From NCBI GenBank assembly GCA_955652245.1, contig CATPAV010000154.1, positions 1 to 24,127 of the forward strand: 24,127 nucleotides of DNA, read 5' to 3'. This document shows positions 7,726 through 16,072 of this stretch, piece by piece. The notes under the pieces are model-generated. The model worked only from the letters and a program-made list of their open reading frames with translations. It made no database searches and had not been told where the DNA came from. This stretch comes from an uncultured Candidatus Udaeobacter sp. (GTDB taxonomy: Bacteria; Verrucomicrobiota; Verrucomicrobiia; Chthoniobacterales; UBA10450). The position numbers and the translations under genes were made by a program. Position 1 is the first letter of the stretch, and each line of letters starts with the position of its first letter.

Positions 7726-8949
7726 TTATGCTACCTTCTGCATCGCGATTTCGTAAGCGTCCAGCAACCGCGTGCGAAAATGATCCCAGGTAAAATTTTC
7801 AACGACCCGTTGCCGGGCCGCGCTGCCCATGCGTTCCACCACTTCGGGATGGCGATGTAAATGCTCGAGCGTTGCCGCGATCGCCTCGACGTCTCCCGGT
7901 CGCACGATGATTCCCTCGACGCCGTCACGCACGACATCGCCAGCTTCGCGTGTGGTGATTTGCGGCAACGCGCAGGCGGCCGCCTCATAGGTAACTTTGG
8001 CGCTACCTTCCCATTGCGAGGGGAAAACATGAACCGTGCTTTGGCTAAGATAATTTTCCGGATCGTGCACAAATCCCACAAGGCGAATGTTGTCGCGCCA
8101 GAATTGCTTGAGATAAGGCTTCGCTTCGTCATGTACCGAGCCGACGAGCCATAACTCGGCTTCCGTCAGATTGAGGCGATACCAGGCCTCGAGCAAATGG
8201 TGAATGCCCTTTCGCTTAATCAAAGCGCCGGAAAAAACTGTGCGAAATTTTGTCGGACGATGGCCGGGCTTGAAGCGCTCGACATCAACACCGCGCGGCA
8301 GGTAAAACAGTTTTTCTTCCGGGAAACCTCGCGCACGAAAGGTGTCAGCCGCCGTCTCTGATAAGACAAGCAGCAGATCAGCGAGTTTGTACTCTTCGAC
8401 GAAGCGCTTGCGCTCGAGCAACAATCCGGCTTTCCATCTTTGAAGCCCACGACCATTGCTTGTCGATTCGGGAACGTCCTGCCGGCTGACTTTCGCTTTC
8501 CCGCCGTCGCGATGCCAGGTTGGAATCTCGACAATTGACGGGATATGGCGCTGTTTCGCCACCTGAAGCGAGCGCAAACAATCTCCGGACCAGCTGTGAA
8601 ACAAGTCGTAGCGTCCGGTCGCCAGATGGTGCGAGGCGATCCAATCAAGATATTTCTTTTTCGCGCCGTAGTAGTAAGGCCGATCGAAAAAGGAGATGAG
8701 ACGCACAGGATGCCAGCGTAAAGAATGGATTAGCGATGCGGGAATTTCATTCTGCCGGTTGTCATAGGCGATTGCTCGCCCCAGAAATCTTCCCCGATAC
8801 GACGCACGCAGAGTTTCAAATGCATCCGTGTCCAGACCTGAGCCGCCGATGCGAGCAAAAATCGAGTAGAGCAAACTCCTCGGCAACAGTCGCGCTGCTA
8901 ATGATGCGGAGCGTGCTGGAGGGGGGGCGTTTAAAGTTTCACCCGGCAT
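7726..8949 (-). CDS. Glycosyltransferase family 4 (GT-B); likely start ATG 8949, ORF open to 8982
   Basis: Motifs RGVDVERF, GALIKRKG, FPSQWEGSAKVTYEAAACALP and EGIIV. Confidence 0.9.
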   Translation of the reverse strand: MPGETLNAPPPARSASLAARLLPRSLLYSIFARIGGSGLDTDAFETLRASYRGRFLGRAIAYDNRQNEIPASLIHSLRWHPVRLISFFDRPYYYGAKKKYLDWIASHHLATGRYDLFHSWSGDCLRSLQVAKQRHIPSIVEIPTWHRDGGKAKVSRQDVPESTSNGRGLQRWKAGLLLERKRFVEEYKLADLLLVLSETAADTFRARGFPEEKLFYLPRGVDVERFKPGHRPTKFRTVFSGALIKRKGIHHLLEAWYRLNLTEAELWLVGSVHDEAKPYLKQFWRDNIRLVGFVHDPENYLSQSTVHVFPSQWEGSAKVTYEAAACALPQITTREAGDVVRDGVEGIIVRPGDVEAIAATLEHLHRHPEVVERMGSAARQRVVENFTWDHFRTRLLDAYEIAMQKVA

Positions 8950-9001
8950 TGGGTTACAACTATTCTGGCGAACGTGGAGCAAGTAAAGTTGGAACTCACT
9001 T

Positions 9002-10141
9002 GTGATGCCTGACGAACCACTGACGATCCTTTTTGTTCGCCGCGGTTATTCCCAAACCGGCGGCGCGGAAGCGTATTTGAAACGACTCGCGCGCGGAGTG
9101 CTTGATGCCGGACATAACGCGCAACTTGTTACAACGAAGGATTGGCCGCAAAACGAGTGGCCGTTTGGAACGCTCCATCGCGTTCCGGGCCAATCGGCAA
9201 TTGCGTTTGCCAATGAGCTGGAACAAGCGCGGCCGCGCATTCCCTGCGATGTCCTGATGAGCCTCGAGCGCCTGTGGAATTGTGACGTTTATCGCGCTGG
9301 TGACGGTGTTCATCGCGCCTGGCTTAATCACCGCCAAAATCTTGCATCGCCATTCTCGAATTTTTTTCGCCACTTCAACCTTAAACACAACCACATTCTC
9401 CGTCTGGAAGAATCGCTTCTGCGCGATCGGCGTGCCGGGCGGATCATTGTCAATTCACAAATGGTCAAAAACGAGATTGTGGCTCTTTACCGCTATCCCG
9501 CGGAGAAAATCGACATCGTCCGTAACGGCGTTCCAGTTTCCGAATTTCGGAGAGCAGCCGCGGAGCGCGAGCAGAGTCGTGCGGCATTTGCGCTGGCCGC
9601 GGATGAGATCGCCGTTCTCTTCGCGGGTTCAGGTTGGGAGCGAAAAGGTTTACGCTTCGCGATCAAGGCCATCGAGGCCTGCCCCGACTCGAAACTGCGA
9701 TTGTTTGTTGCCGGCCGCGGCAATCGCGGCCGTTACAAGTCCTCATGCGCTCAATTTCTTGGAACGGTTGTGGATCTTCCGCCGGTTTACGCGGCGGCGG
9801 ATATTTTCATTCTCCCTACGATTTACGATCCGTTTTCCAATGCCTGTTTGGAAGCATTGGCTTGCGGCCTTCCGGTGATCACGACTCTTGATAATGGTTT
9901 CAGTGAAATCATTGAGGATGGGGTGCACGGATCAATTGTCGATTACGCGAACGACATAGTGGCTTTGCGCGATGCCATCCAATTTTGGTCGGATGCAGCA
10001 CGCCGCGCTATGGTGAGATCGACAAACATGCAGTGCGCAGCGCAGTTCGACATTTCAAAAAACGTTGCGCGGACTCTGGAAATTCTGGTTCAAGCCGCGG
10101 CCAGCGCCGCGTCCACGTCCGGGAAAATTCGAAATACTTGA
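9002..10141 (+). CDS. Glycosyltransferase family 4, WaaG/RfaG-like LPS core glucosyltransferase
   Basis: Motifs GGAEAY, RAGDGVHRAWL, NGV, GSGWERKG and PTIYDPFSNACLEALACGLPVIT. Confidence 0.92.
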   Translation: MMPDEPLTILFVRRGYSQTGGAEAYLKRLARGVLDAGHNAQLVTTKDWPQNEWPFGTLHRVPGQSAIAFANELEQARPRIPCDVLMSLERLWNCDVYRAGDGVHRAWLNHRQNLASPFSNFFRHFNLKHNHILRLEESLLRDRRAGRIIVNSQMVKNEIVALYRYPAEKIDIVRNGVPVSEFRRAAAEREQSRAAFALAADEIAVLFAGSGWERKGLRFAIKAIEACPDSKLRLFVAGRGNRGRYKSSCAQFLGTVVDLPPVYAAADIFILPTIYDPFSNACLEALACGLPVITTLDNGFSEIIEDGVHGSIVDYANDIVALRDAIQFWSDAARRAMVRSTNMQCAAQFDISKNVARTLEILVQAAASAASTSGKIRNT

Positions 10142-10410
10142 TCGAGCCGAGAGATTTCGAAAATTGAGCGCACGGTTTCCTGCAAACCGGCCAGCGCGAA
10201 CTTGCCGCCGTAGGCTTCGACCTTTTGCATTCCTTCGATAAATGCCGCCAGACCCGCGCTATCGATGTAAGTTACCCGGGAAAGATCGACAACGAGCCGT
10301 TTTGGTTTTTTCTCGATCATAATCTTGAGTGACGCCATGACGTTAGGCGAGACGTGCAGATCGATCTCGCCTTCGAGGGGCAGCACATTGGGACGGTCTT
10401 TACGAGGCAT
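10090..10410 (-). CDS. STAS-domain anti-sigma factor antagonist; likely start ATG 10410, ORF open to 10440
   Basis: LEGEID, VDLSRVTYIDSAGL with the conserved phospho-acceptor Ser, and FEISRLD. Confidence 0.93.
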   Translation of the reverse strand: MPRKDRPNVLPLEGEIDLHVSPNVMASLKIMIEKKPKRLVVDLSRVTYIDSAGLAAFIEGMQKVEAYGGKFALAGLQETVRSIFEISRLDQVFRIFPDVDAALAAA

Positions 10411-10463
10411 CGGAAACGCTGGGGAAACGGATTTTTTCATTCAACCCTTCAATCGTCAATCGA

Positions 10464-11156
10464 TTACCATCCGAGCGTATCGATAATTGCATCTACATTC
10501 GAAAGATCATCGATCAGAAAATCGGGCTGGTATTCTGCAAGCTGTTCCCGACTCCACGTGCCAGTCGCGACGGCGATAGTACGCGCGCCGAACACTTTGC
10601 CGCAGGCGATATCGCGCGGGGTATCGCCGATCACGTCGATTTCCGACGCGGAGAATTCGCGGCCATGCTTTTCCTTTGCGCGAGCGCGAGCGAATGGTCC
10701 GAGCCGGTTTCGATCTTGATGATCGTCGGCAAACGCGCCGAACTCAAAAAAATGCCAGACACCATAGTGTTCGAGCTTCAGTTGCGCTCCGCGCGAGACA
10801 TTCCCAGTGAGAAGCCCGAGCACGAGGTGCGGCCGCGATTTCAGCTTCTTGAGCAGCTCGAGCACGCCGGGGAGTAGTTTGCCCTCACGCCGCGGCAATT
10901 CGAACGAGAGAAAATGCACGTAGCTGTCCAGAAACGCGCTGACGTTTTCGTTCGTTGCGGGAATCTTATGCTTTTTTAGGATGCTGACGACGATGCCGGA
11001 ATCGGTCATGCCCGCGATTTCGATGTCGTGCAGATCATCGGCGATATCGAAGCGCTCGGCGAGGGTCAATTTGAGCGCGTGCATACCCGCGCCGCCCGAA
11101 TGGATGAGCGTGCCATCGATGTCGAAAAGCACCAGGCGCTTGTACGGTTCTGTCAT
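10464..11156 (-). CDS. HAD-superfamily hydrolase (phosphoglycolate phosphatase-like)
   Basis: Motif I FDIDGTL, motif II LLTGN and motif IV IGDTPRD. Confidence 0.92.
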   Translation of the reverse strand: MTEPYKRLVLFDIDGTLIHSGGAGMHALKLTLAERFDIADDLHDIEIAGMTDSGIVVSILKKHKIPATNENVSAFLDSYVHFLSFELPRREGKLLPGVLELLKKLKSRPHLVLGLLTGNVSRGAQLKLEHYGVWHFFEFGAFADDHQDRNRLGPFARARAKEKHGREFSASEIDVIGDTPRDIACGKVFGARTIAVATGTWSREQLAEYQPDFLIDDLSNVDAIIDTLGW

Positions 11157-11167
11157 CTCGAGTGAAA

Positions 11168-11197
11168 GTAGTGCCCTCGCCTGCCCGCCGTGGCGGG
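11168..11197 (+). repeat. GTAG followed by the near-palindrome CCCGCC-GT-GGCGGG
   Basis: GTAG at 11168-11171; inverted repeat at 11184-11197 in the HAD upstream region. Confidence 0.45.
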
Positions 11198-11264
11198 AGC
11201 GAAGCCGAATTGGTCAAGACATCTCTTACTGGGCTGGAGCAAACGTGTAATTGAAGGGAGATTA

Positions 11265-11292
11265 CTGCGTCAGTCATAGACCGCAGCTACAG
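11265..11292 (-). repeat. GTAG-tagged hairpin CTGTAG-CTGCG-GTC-tat-GAC-tga-CGCAG
   Basis: Begins immediately after the FHA gene TAA. It shares CTGTAGC and TCTATGA with the element at 7652. Confidence 0.7.
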
Positions 11293-11784
11293 TTAAAGTG
11301 CGGGCGCATGCATCATAAGCACGGCGATCATGCTCCCGAGAAATACGAGTAGCAAGATTGCCGAGCCGACAAAAATTGCAGTGCGAGTTGGGTCCTTCTG
11401 CTCTTTCTGGCGTGGGAAGGGGGATGCGTTGGCAAAATCAACGGGCGCCGCGCTCAAGTCCGCGGGTTCAGCTTCAATTTCCTCAAGTTCAGGCAGCGGT
11501 TGCGATCCGCGCGTATCCGGTTCGTAGCGAGCTTCGACTCCTCCGAAGCGAATTCGGTCATCGAAGCGCAGCGCGGTTTCCGTGGCCGGGATGCCGTTGA
11601 CGCGTGTGCCATTAGTCGAATCAAGATCTTTCAACCGGTAAGTTTCACCGGCAAGCTGCAACTGCGCGTGATGACTCGAGACCGACGGATCGGCGATAAC
11701 AATCATGTTATCCGGGGCGCGTCCGATCGTGATCAAATCTTCGACGAGTTCATGTGTGATTCCGCTGATGACTAGCTTCGGCAT
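11293..11784 (-). CDS. FHA-domain protein with a C-terminal membrane anchor; likely start ATG 11784
   Basis: FHA motifs IGR-x-PDN, SVSSHHA and DLDSTNGTRVNG, then an acidic/Pro linker and a hydrophobic C-terminal helix. Confidence 0.92.
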   Translation of the reverse strand: MPKLVISGITHELVEDLITIGRAPDNMIVIADPSVSSHHAQLQLAGETYRLKDLDSTNGTRVNGIPATETALRFDDRIRFGGVEARYEPDTRGSQPLPELEEIEAEPADLSAAPVDFANASPFPRQKEQKDPTRTAIFVGSAILLLVFLGSMIAVLMMHAPAL

Positions 11785-11853
11785 GTTGTTATCCTGAACA
11801 TAGCGAAGGACCGCAAGGTAGCGCAAGCCTCTGGCTTGGGGCCCCCCTTTAGA

Positions 11854-11877
11854 CACAAGCGGGGACGCTTGTGCTAC
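11854..11877 (-). repeat. GTAG-tagged hairpin GTAG-CACAAGCG-tccc-CGCTTGTG
   Basis: Perfect 8-bp stem directly after GTAG, in the divergent FHA/lepA spacer. Confidence 0.7.
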
Positions 11878-11906
11878 TTCTGCTCTGCCCGCATAGTGGC
11901 GCTTCC

Positions 11907-13703
11907 ATGGCCATTGAGTTAACGCGCAATTTTAGCATCATCGCGCACATCGATCATGGCAAGACCACATTGTCGGATCGATTGCTCGAACGCACGGGCA
12001 CAATTCACGAACGCGACAAGCAGGACCAGTTGCTCGACTCGATGGACTTGGAGCGCGAGCGCGGGATCACAATCAAAGCGCATCCGGTGACGATGCATTA
12101 CTCAAGTGAATCGGGCGAAACGTATCGGCTGAACCTGCTCGACACCCCGGGGCATGTCGATTTTGCATATGAGGTTTCAAGGTCACTGGCGGCGTGTGAA
12201 GGTGCGCTCTTGGTTGTGGATGCGGCACAGGGAGTTGAAGCGCAAACGGTGGCGAACGTTCATCTGGCGCATAAACAGGGTCTCGCGATTGTGCCGATCA
12301 TTAACAAGATCGATCTGCCAAACGCCGATGTGCCTGCCGTGCGTCGGCAATTGGAGGAAATCCTTGCGATCCCTTCGGAGGAAGCAATCGATGCAAGCGC
12401 GAAGATGGGCATCGGTATCGAGGAAATTCTTGAAGCGATTGTGAAGCGAGTCCCGCCGCCGCAAAAACCGGCGGATAAAACCTTGCGGGCACTCGTTTTC
12501 GATTCGGTGTTCGACGTTTACCGCGGTGTGGTTGGCTACGTGCGCGTCGTGTCCGGAACGATGGAAGCCAATCACGCGGTCACGTTGATGAGCAATAATG
12601 CGCGTTATGAGATCAAGGAGGTCGGCGTATTTACGCCGAAGATGCTCGTACAGCCGCAGCTCAATCCCGGGGACGTCGGTTATTTCATCGCGAACATCAA
12701 AACCACTGCCGACATAAAGATCGGCGACACAATCACGGACCAACGGCACCCCGCGGGCGAGCCGCTACCGGGTTTTCAGGAAATTCATCCGATGGTCTTC
12801 AGCGGGATCTATCCAATTAACACCGGCGACTTCGAACATTTGAAGGCGGCGATTGCAAAGCTGCGCTTGAACGATGCTGCATTCATTTACACGCCGGAAA
12901 GCTCCGTCGCGCTCGGATTCGGGTTTCGCTGCGGGTTTCTTGGCCTGCTCCACATGGAAATCATCCAGGAACGACTCCGGCGCGAGTACAACATGGATAT
13001 CATCGCGACGAGCCCAAGCGTGGTATATGAAGTGCTGACAACGCGCGGCGAGAGACTGTTGATCGATAATCCAGCGCACTTGCCCAATCCGAGCGTGATC
13101 AGTGAAATTCGGGAGCCAATAGTAAAGGCGTACATCCTTTGCCCAAATGAAAATATCGGGGACATCTTGCAATTAATCCTTGAGAAGCGCGGCCAAATGG
13201 ACCACACCGAGTCGCTTGACACCCGCCGCGTGATGTTGCATTGCGAACTGCCCCTCAACGAAATTCTTGTCGATTTTAATGACAAGATCAAAAGCATTAG
13301 CCGGGGCTACGGCTCAATGGATTACGAGCACGCTGGTTATCGCCCATCCAAATTGGTAAAACTCGATCTGCTCGTCAATGGCGAACCAGTCGACGCCTTT
13401 TCGACGATTGTTCACAAAGATCGCGCGGAGGCGAGGGGACGCCAGCTCGCGGCCAAATTGAAAGAAGTGATTCCGCGTCAGCTGTACCAAGTCGCCATCC
13501 AGGCGGCGATTGGTGGAAAAATCATTGCGCGGGAGAGCGTTTCGGCGTTGCGAAAAAATGTAACCGCGAAATGCTACGGCGGCGATATCACGCGGAAACG
13601 AAAATTGCTTGAGAAACAAAAAGAAGGAAAAAAACGAATGAAGAGCATCGGAAAGATTAATATTCCGCAGGAAGCATTCATCGAAGTGTTAAAGGCACAG
13701 TGA
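11907..13703 (+). CDS. lepA: Translation elongation factor 4; likely start ATG 11907
   Basis: RNFSIIAHIDHGKTTL, ERERGITIK, DTPGHVDF, NKID, GFRCGFLGLLH and C-terminal KCYGGDITRKRKLLEKQKEGKKRMK. Confidence 0.99.
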   Translation: MAIELTRNFSIIAHIDHGKTTLSDRLLERTGTIHERDKQDQLLDSMDLERERGITIKAHPVTMHYSSESGETYRLNLLDTPGHVDFAYEVSRSLAACEGALLVVDAAQGVEAQTVANVHLAHKQGLAIVPIINKIDLPNADVPAVRRQLEEILAIPSEEAIDASAKMGIGIEEILEAIVKRVPPPQKPADKTLRALVFDSVFDVYRGVVGYVRVVSGTMEANHAVTLMSNNARYEIKEVGVFTPKMLVQPQLNPGDVGYFIANIKTTADIKIGDTITDQRHPAGEPLPGFQEIHPMVFSGIYPINTGDFEHLKAAIAKLRLNDAAFIYTPESSVALGFGFRCGFLGLLHMEIIQERLRREYNMDIIATSPSVVYEVLTTRGERLLIDNPAHLPNPSVISEIREPIVKAYILCPNENIGDILQLILEKRGQMDHTESLDTRRVMLHCELPLNEILVDFNDKIKSISRGYGSMDYEHAGYRPSKLVKLDLLVNGEPVDAFSTIVHKDRAEARGRQLAAKLKEVIPRQLYQVAIQAAIGGKIIARESVSALRKNVTAKCYGGDITRKRKLLEKQKEGKKRMKSIGKINIPQEAFIEVLKAQ

Positions 13704-13760
13704 GGATGCCAAGCGAAAACGCCCAACCAGCATCTATCTAGCATCCAGGAGCACGCAGCA

Positions 13761-14879
13761 ATGTTTAGGCCCCGTTACGTTAAGCACAGCCGATTGCTCT
13801 TGCGGCATGCTCAAAAATATCTGCGCTACAAGAATGATCTCCTGAGCGCCTCGAGCCGGGAAAAGATTCTCGCTGGAATAGAAAACCTGCGCGCCGCGTT
13901 GCGCGACCGCAACCACGAAAGGATACACGGCGCAGCAGAAGCGCTCGATAAGACATTACACAGACTGACGCCGGTAAACTGGGAATCTCACTGGCGCGAA
14001 AACTGCGAGGTCATCCTCGTCGCCATTGTGGTGGCGGTCGGCATTCGTTCCTATTTCTTGCAACCGTTCAAAATTCCGACCGGCTCAATGCAACCGACAC
14101 TTAATGGGATCATTGGCCATCCCAGTATCGCGCCGGCACCGAATATCCTGCGCCAGATCGCCGACTTCATTATACTCGGCCGTAATTACATCGACGTCGT
14201 CTCGCGTGAGGATGACCAGATTTTTCAGATCGAGCCGAAGAAATTTCTCTTCTTCTTCACATTTTCACGACTGATCTGCCAGCAGCAAAATTTTCTGGTT
14301 TACGCGCCGCCCGAGACGCTCACTCATGATTTTAACGTTTTGCCCGGTCGGACTTGTCACCGTGGTGAGATTATTGCCAGGGGCGCAGTGGACACAGGGG
14401 ATCAGGTCTTTGTCGACAAATTTAGCTACAACTTTGTAAAACCACATCGCGGGGATGTTTTCGTTTTTCGCACGAATCACATTCTCGGAATTCGTGAAGA
14501 TCCCGCAATGGGGTCGCCCTTTTATATCAAACGCTTGGCCGGCCTGCCCGGAGATGAGTTGCGCATCGACCCCCCATTTCTTTATGCGAACGGCAAAATC
14601 GCAGAAGGCTTTGGTTTCGCGCGAGTGATGGCGGCGAAGCCACCGTATCGCGGCTATGCCCTGGGTCGCGATTATCTGGCGGAGCCAAATCGAGCGTTCG
14701 TCGTGCCAGAACATGGTTATTTTGCATTGGGCGATAACAGCTACAACAGTTACGACAGCCGTTACTGGGGGCCGGTGCCCGAAGAAAATCTCGTCGGACG
14801 CGGATTGCTTGTTTACTGGCCGTTTAACCCTTGGTTCGGCTTATCTGGGCGACCGGGGCACTGGGGCTTGATTCGTTAG
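13761..14879 (+). CDS. lepB: Signal peptidase I with an N-terminal cytoplasmic helical extension
   Basis: Single TM segment, then catalytic-Ser box IPTGSMQPTL, RGDVFVF, catalytic-Lys box YIKRLAGLPGD and GDNSYNSYDSRYWG. It follows lepA. Confidence 0.96.
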   Translation: MFRPRYVKHSRLLLRHAQKYLRYKNDLLSASSREKILAGIENLRAALRDRNHERIHGAAEALDKTLHRLTPVNWESHWRENCEVILVAIVVAVGIRSYFLQPFKIPTGSMQPTLNGIIGHPSIAPAPNILRQIADFIILGRNYIDVVSREDDQIFQIEPKKFLFFFTFSRLICQQQNFLVYAPPETLTHDFNVLPGRTCHRGEIIARGAVDTGDQVFVDKFSYNFVKPHRGDVFVFRTNHILGIREDPAMGSPFYIKRLAGLPGDELRIDPPFLYANGKIAEGFGFARVMAAKPPYRGYALGRDYLAEPNRAFVVPEHGYFALGDNSYNSYDSRYWGPVPEENLVGRGLLVYWPFNPWFGLSGRPGHWGLIR

Positions 14880-14896
14880 GCCGATACTTCTCCAGC

Positions 14897-16072
14897 ATGG
14901 TATCGAGCCTCCCGCGAGTATATCCTCTGCTTGGGCTCTGCGGCGGATATGCGTTGCTGATGTTTTTTAATCCGATCCGGCGGGCGCTCGGCGACGGTTT
15001 TCGTTGCATCACGCGCTTCAAACGGATCTGGCTCACCTTCGCCCTTCTTGGATTTGGTTATTTCATTTTTCAATTCGCCACTTTCACTCCCATCCGGAAT
15101 TCGGCCGATCTCGACCTGAACCAAGTCATCTCATTGCCGAGCTGGCGTTGGCCGACTTTTATCGAGATATGGAGGGAGACACCATTGCCTGCTCTGGAGG
15201 GAGTCGCGGGAATTTTTGATAATGCGACCACCACTTATCCACTTTCAATTCTGGCCGCTGTCTTCATGATTATCAACTGGCGCGGTTTGCACGGCGCGTT
15301 GCTGCGCGCGCTGTGGAAGCGCTATCGTTTCTGGAGTTATTTCATTTACTTGATTCTGCTGCTGAGCGCGTTGGCGTCGCTGTTCAAACCGATTGTGTTC
15401 TGGCGTTTGCCGGAGTGGGGCGGCCTGCTTCCGGCGTCGGGATTACTGCAAATTTCTGCCACCGTCGATGCCGTCGCATTCATTTTCGAATATCTTTTTG
15501 GCGTCTATATCCAGGTGTATTTGATCACGGTTTGCCTGGCATGGGTCAAAGGCGTGAGTTTTGAAGAAGGGGAGCTATTCCGTTTCGCCATGCGCCGCTT
15601 CAGTTATGTTTTGAAGTGGGCTGGTATTGTCGTGTTGTTCAGTACGTTGTTGGTGCGGCTGCCGCTTTTGCTCGCCTACTTCATGAATATTCCGGGTGTG
15701 CTCGACTACCTGCCGATTCAACGCAGCGTGATGAGCGGTTTAATCATTGCTTTTTGTTCGGTCCAAATCTCGCTTGCTTTACACAATGAAAGCTTGGGCG
15801 ATGCGATCCGCGCACATCGCCGGTTCATCTGGCAAAACGCAGGCCCCCTCGGCTGGTTCCTGCTCATTTGCGGAATCCACTTCTTTGGCATCATGATCTG
15901 CGACGCCGTTGTGCGAGGCGCGATCGCCGACCGGTTGGGCGCGCTTTTTCTTTGGAAATTTATTTTTGCCTGTCTTCGCGGAGTTATCACCGCCTGGCTT
16001 TTGGCTTCATGGGTCTGTTTGTTTCGCCAACGTGAGGCGCTCCGCCTTCATCAAGAGAAATGGATTCAATAA
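14897..16072 (+). CDS. Polytopic inner-membrane protein of unknown function; likely start ATG 14897
   Basis: Long ORF with many hydrophobic segments filling the gap between lepB and the synthase. I recognised no family motif. Confidence 0.8.
   Translation: MVSSLPRVYPLLGLCGGYALLMFFNPIRRALGDGFRCITRFKRIWLTFALLGFGYFIFQFATFTPIRNSADLDLNQVISLPSWRWPTFIEIWRETPLPALEGVAGIFDNATTTYPLSILAAVFMIINWRGLHGALLRALWKRYRFWSYFIYLILLLSALASLFKPIVFWRLPEWGGLLPASGLLQISATVDAVAFIFEYLFGVYIQVYLITVCLAWVKGVSFEEGELFRFAMRRFSYVLKWAGIVVLFSTLLVRLPLLLAYFMNIPGVLDYLPIQRSVMSGLIIAFCSVQISLALHNESLGDAIRAHRRFIWQNAGPLGWFLLICGIHFFGIMICDAVVRGAIADRLGALFLWKFIFACLRGVITAWLLASWVCLFRQREALRLHQEKWIQ

Noticed and set aside
11191-11205. 14 of 15 match between TGGCGGGAGCGAAGC and the reverse complement of 907-921
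   Set aside because: GC-rich, no extension on either side, and each site has a separate explanation.
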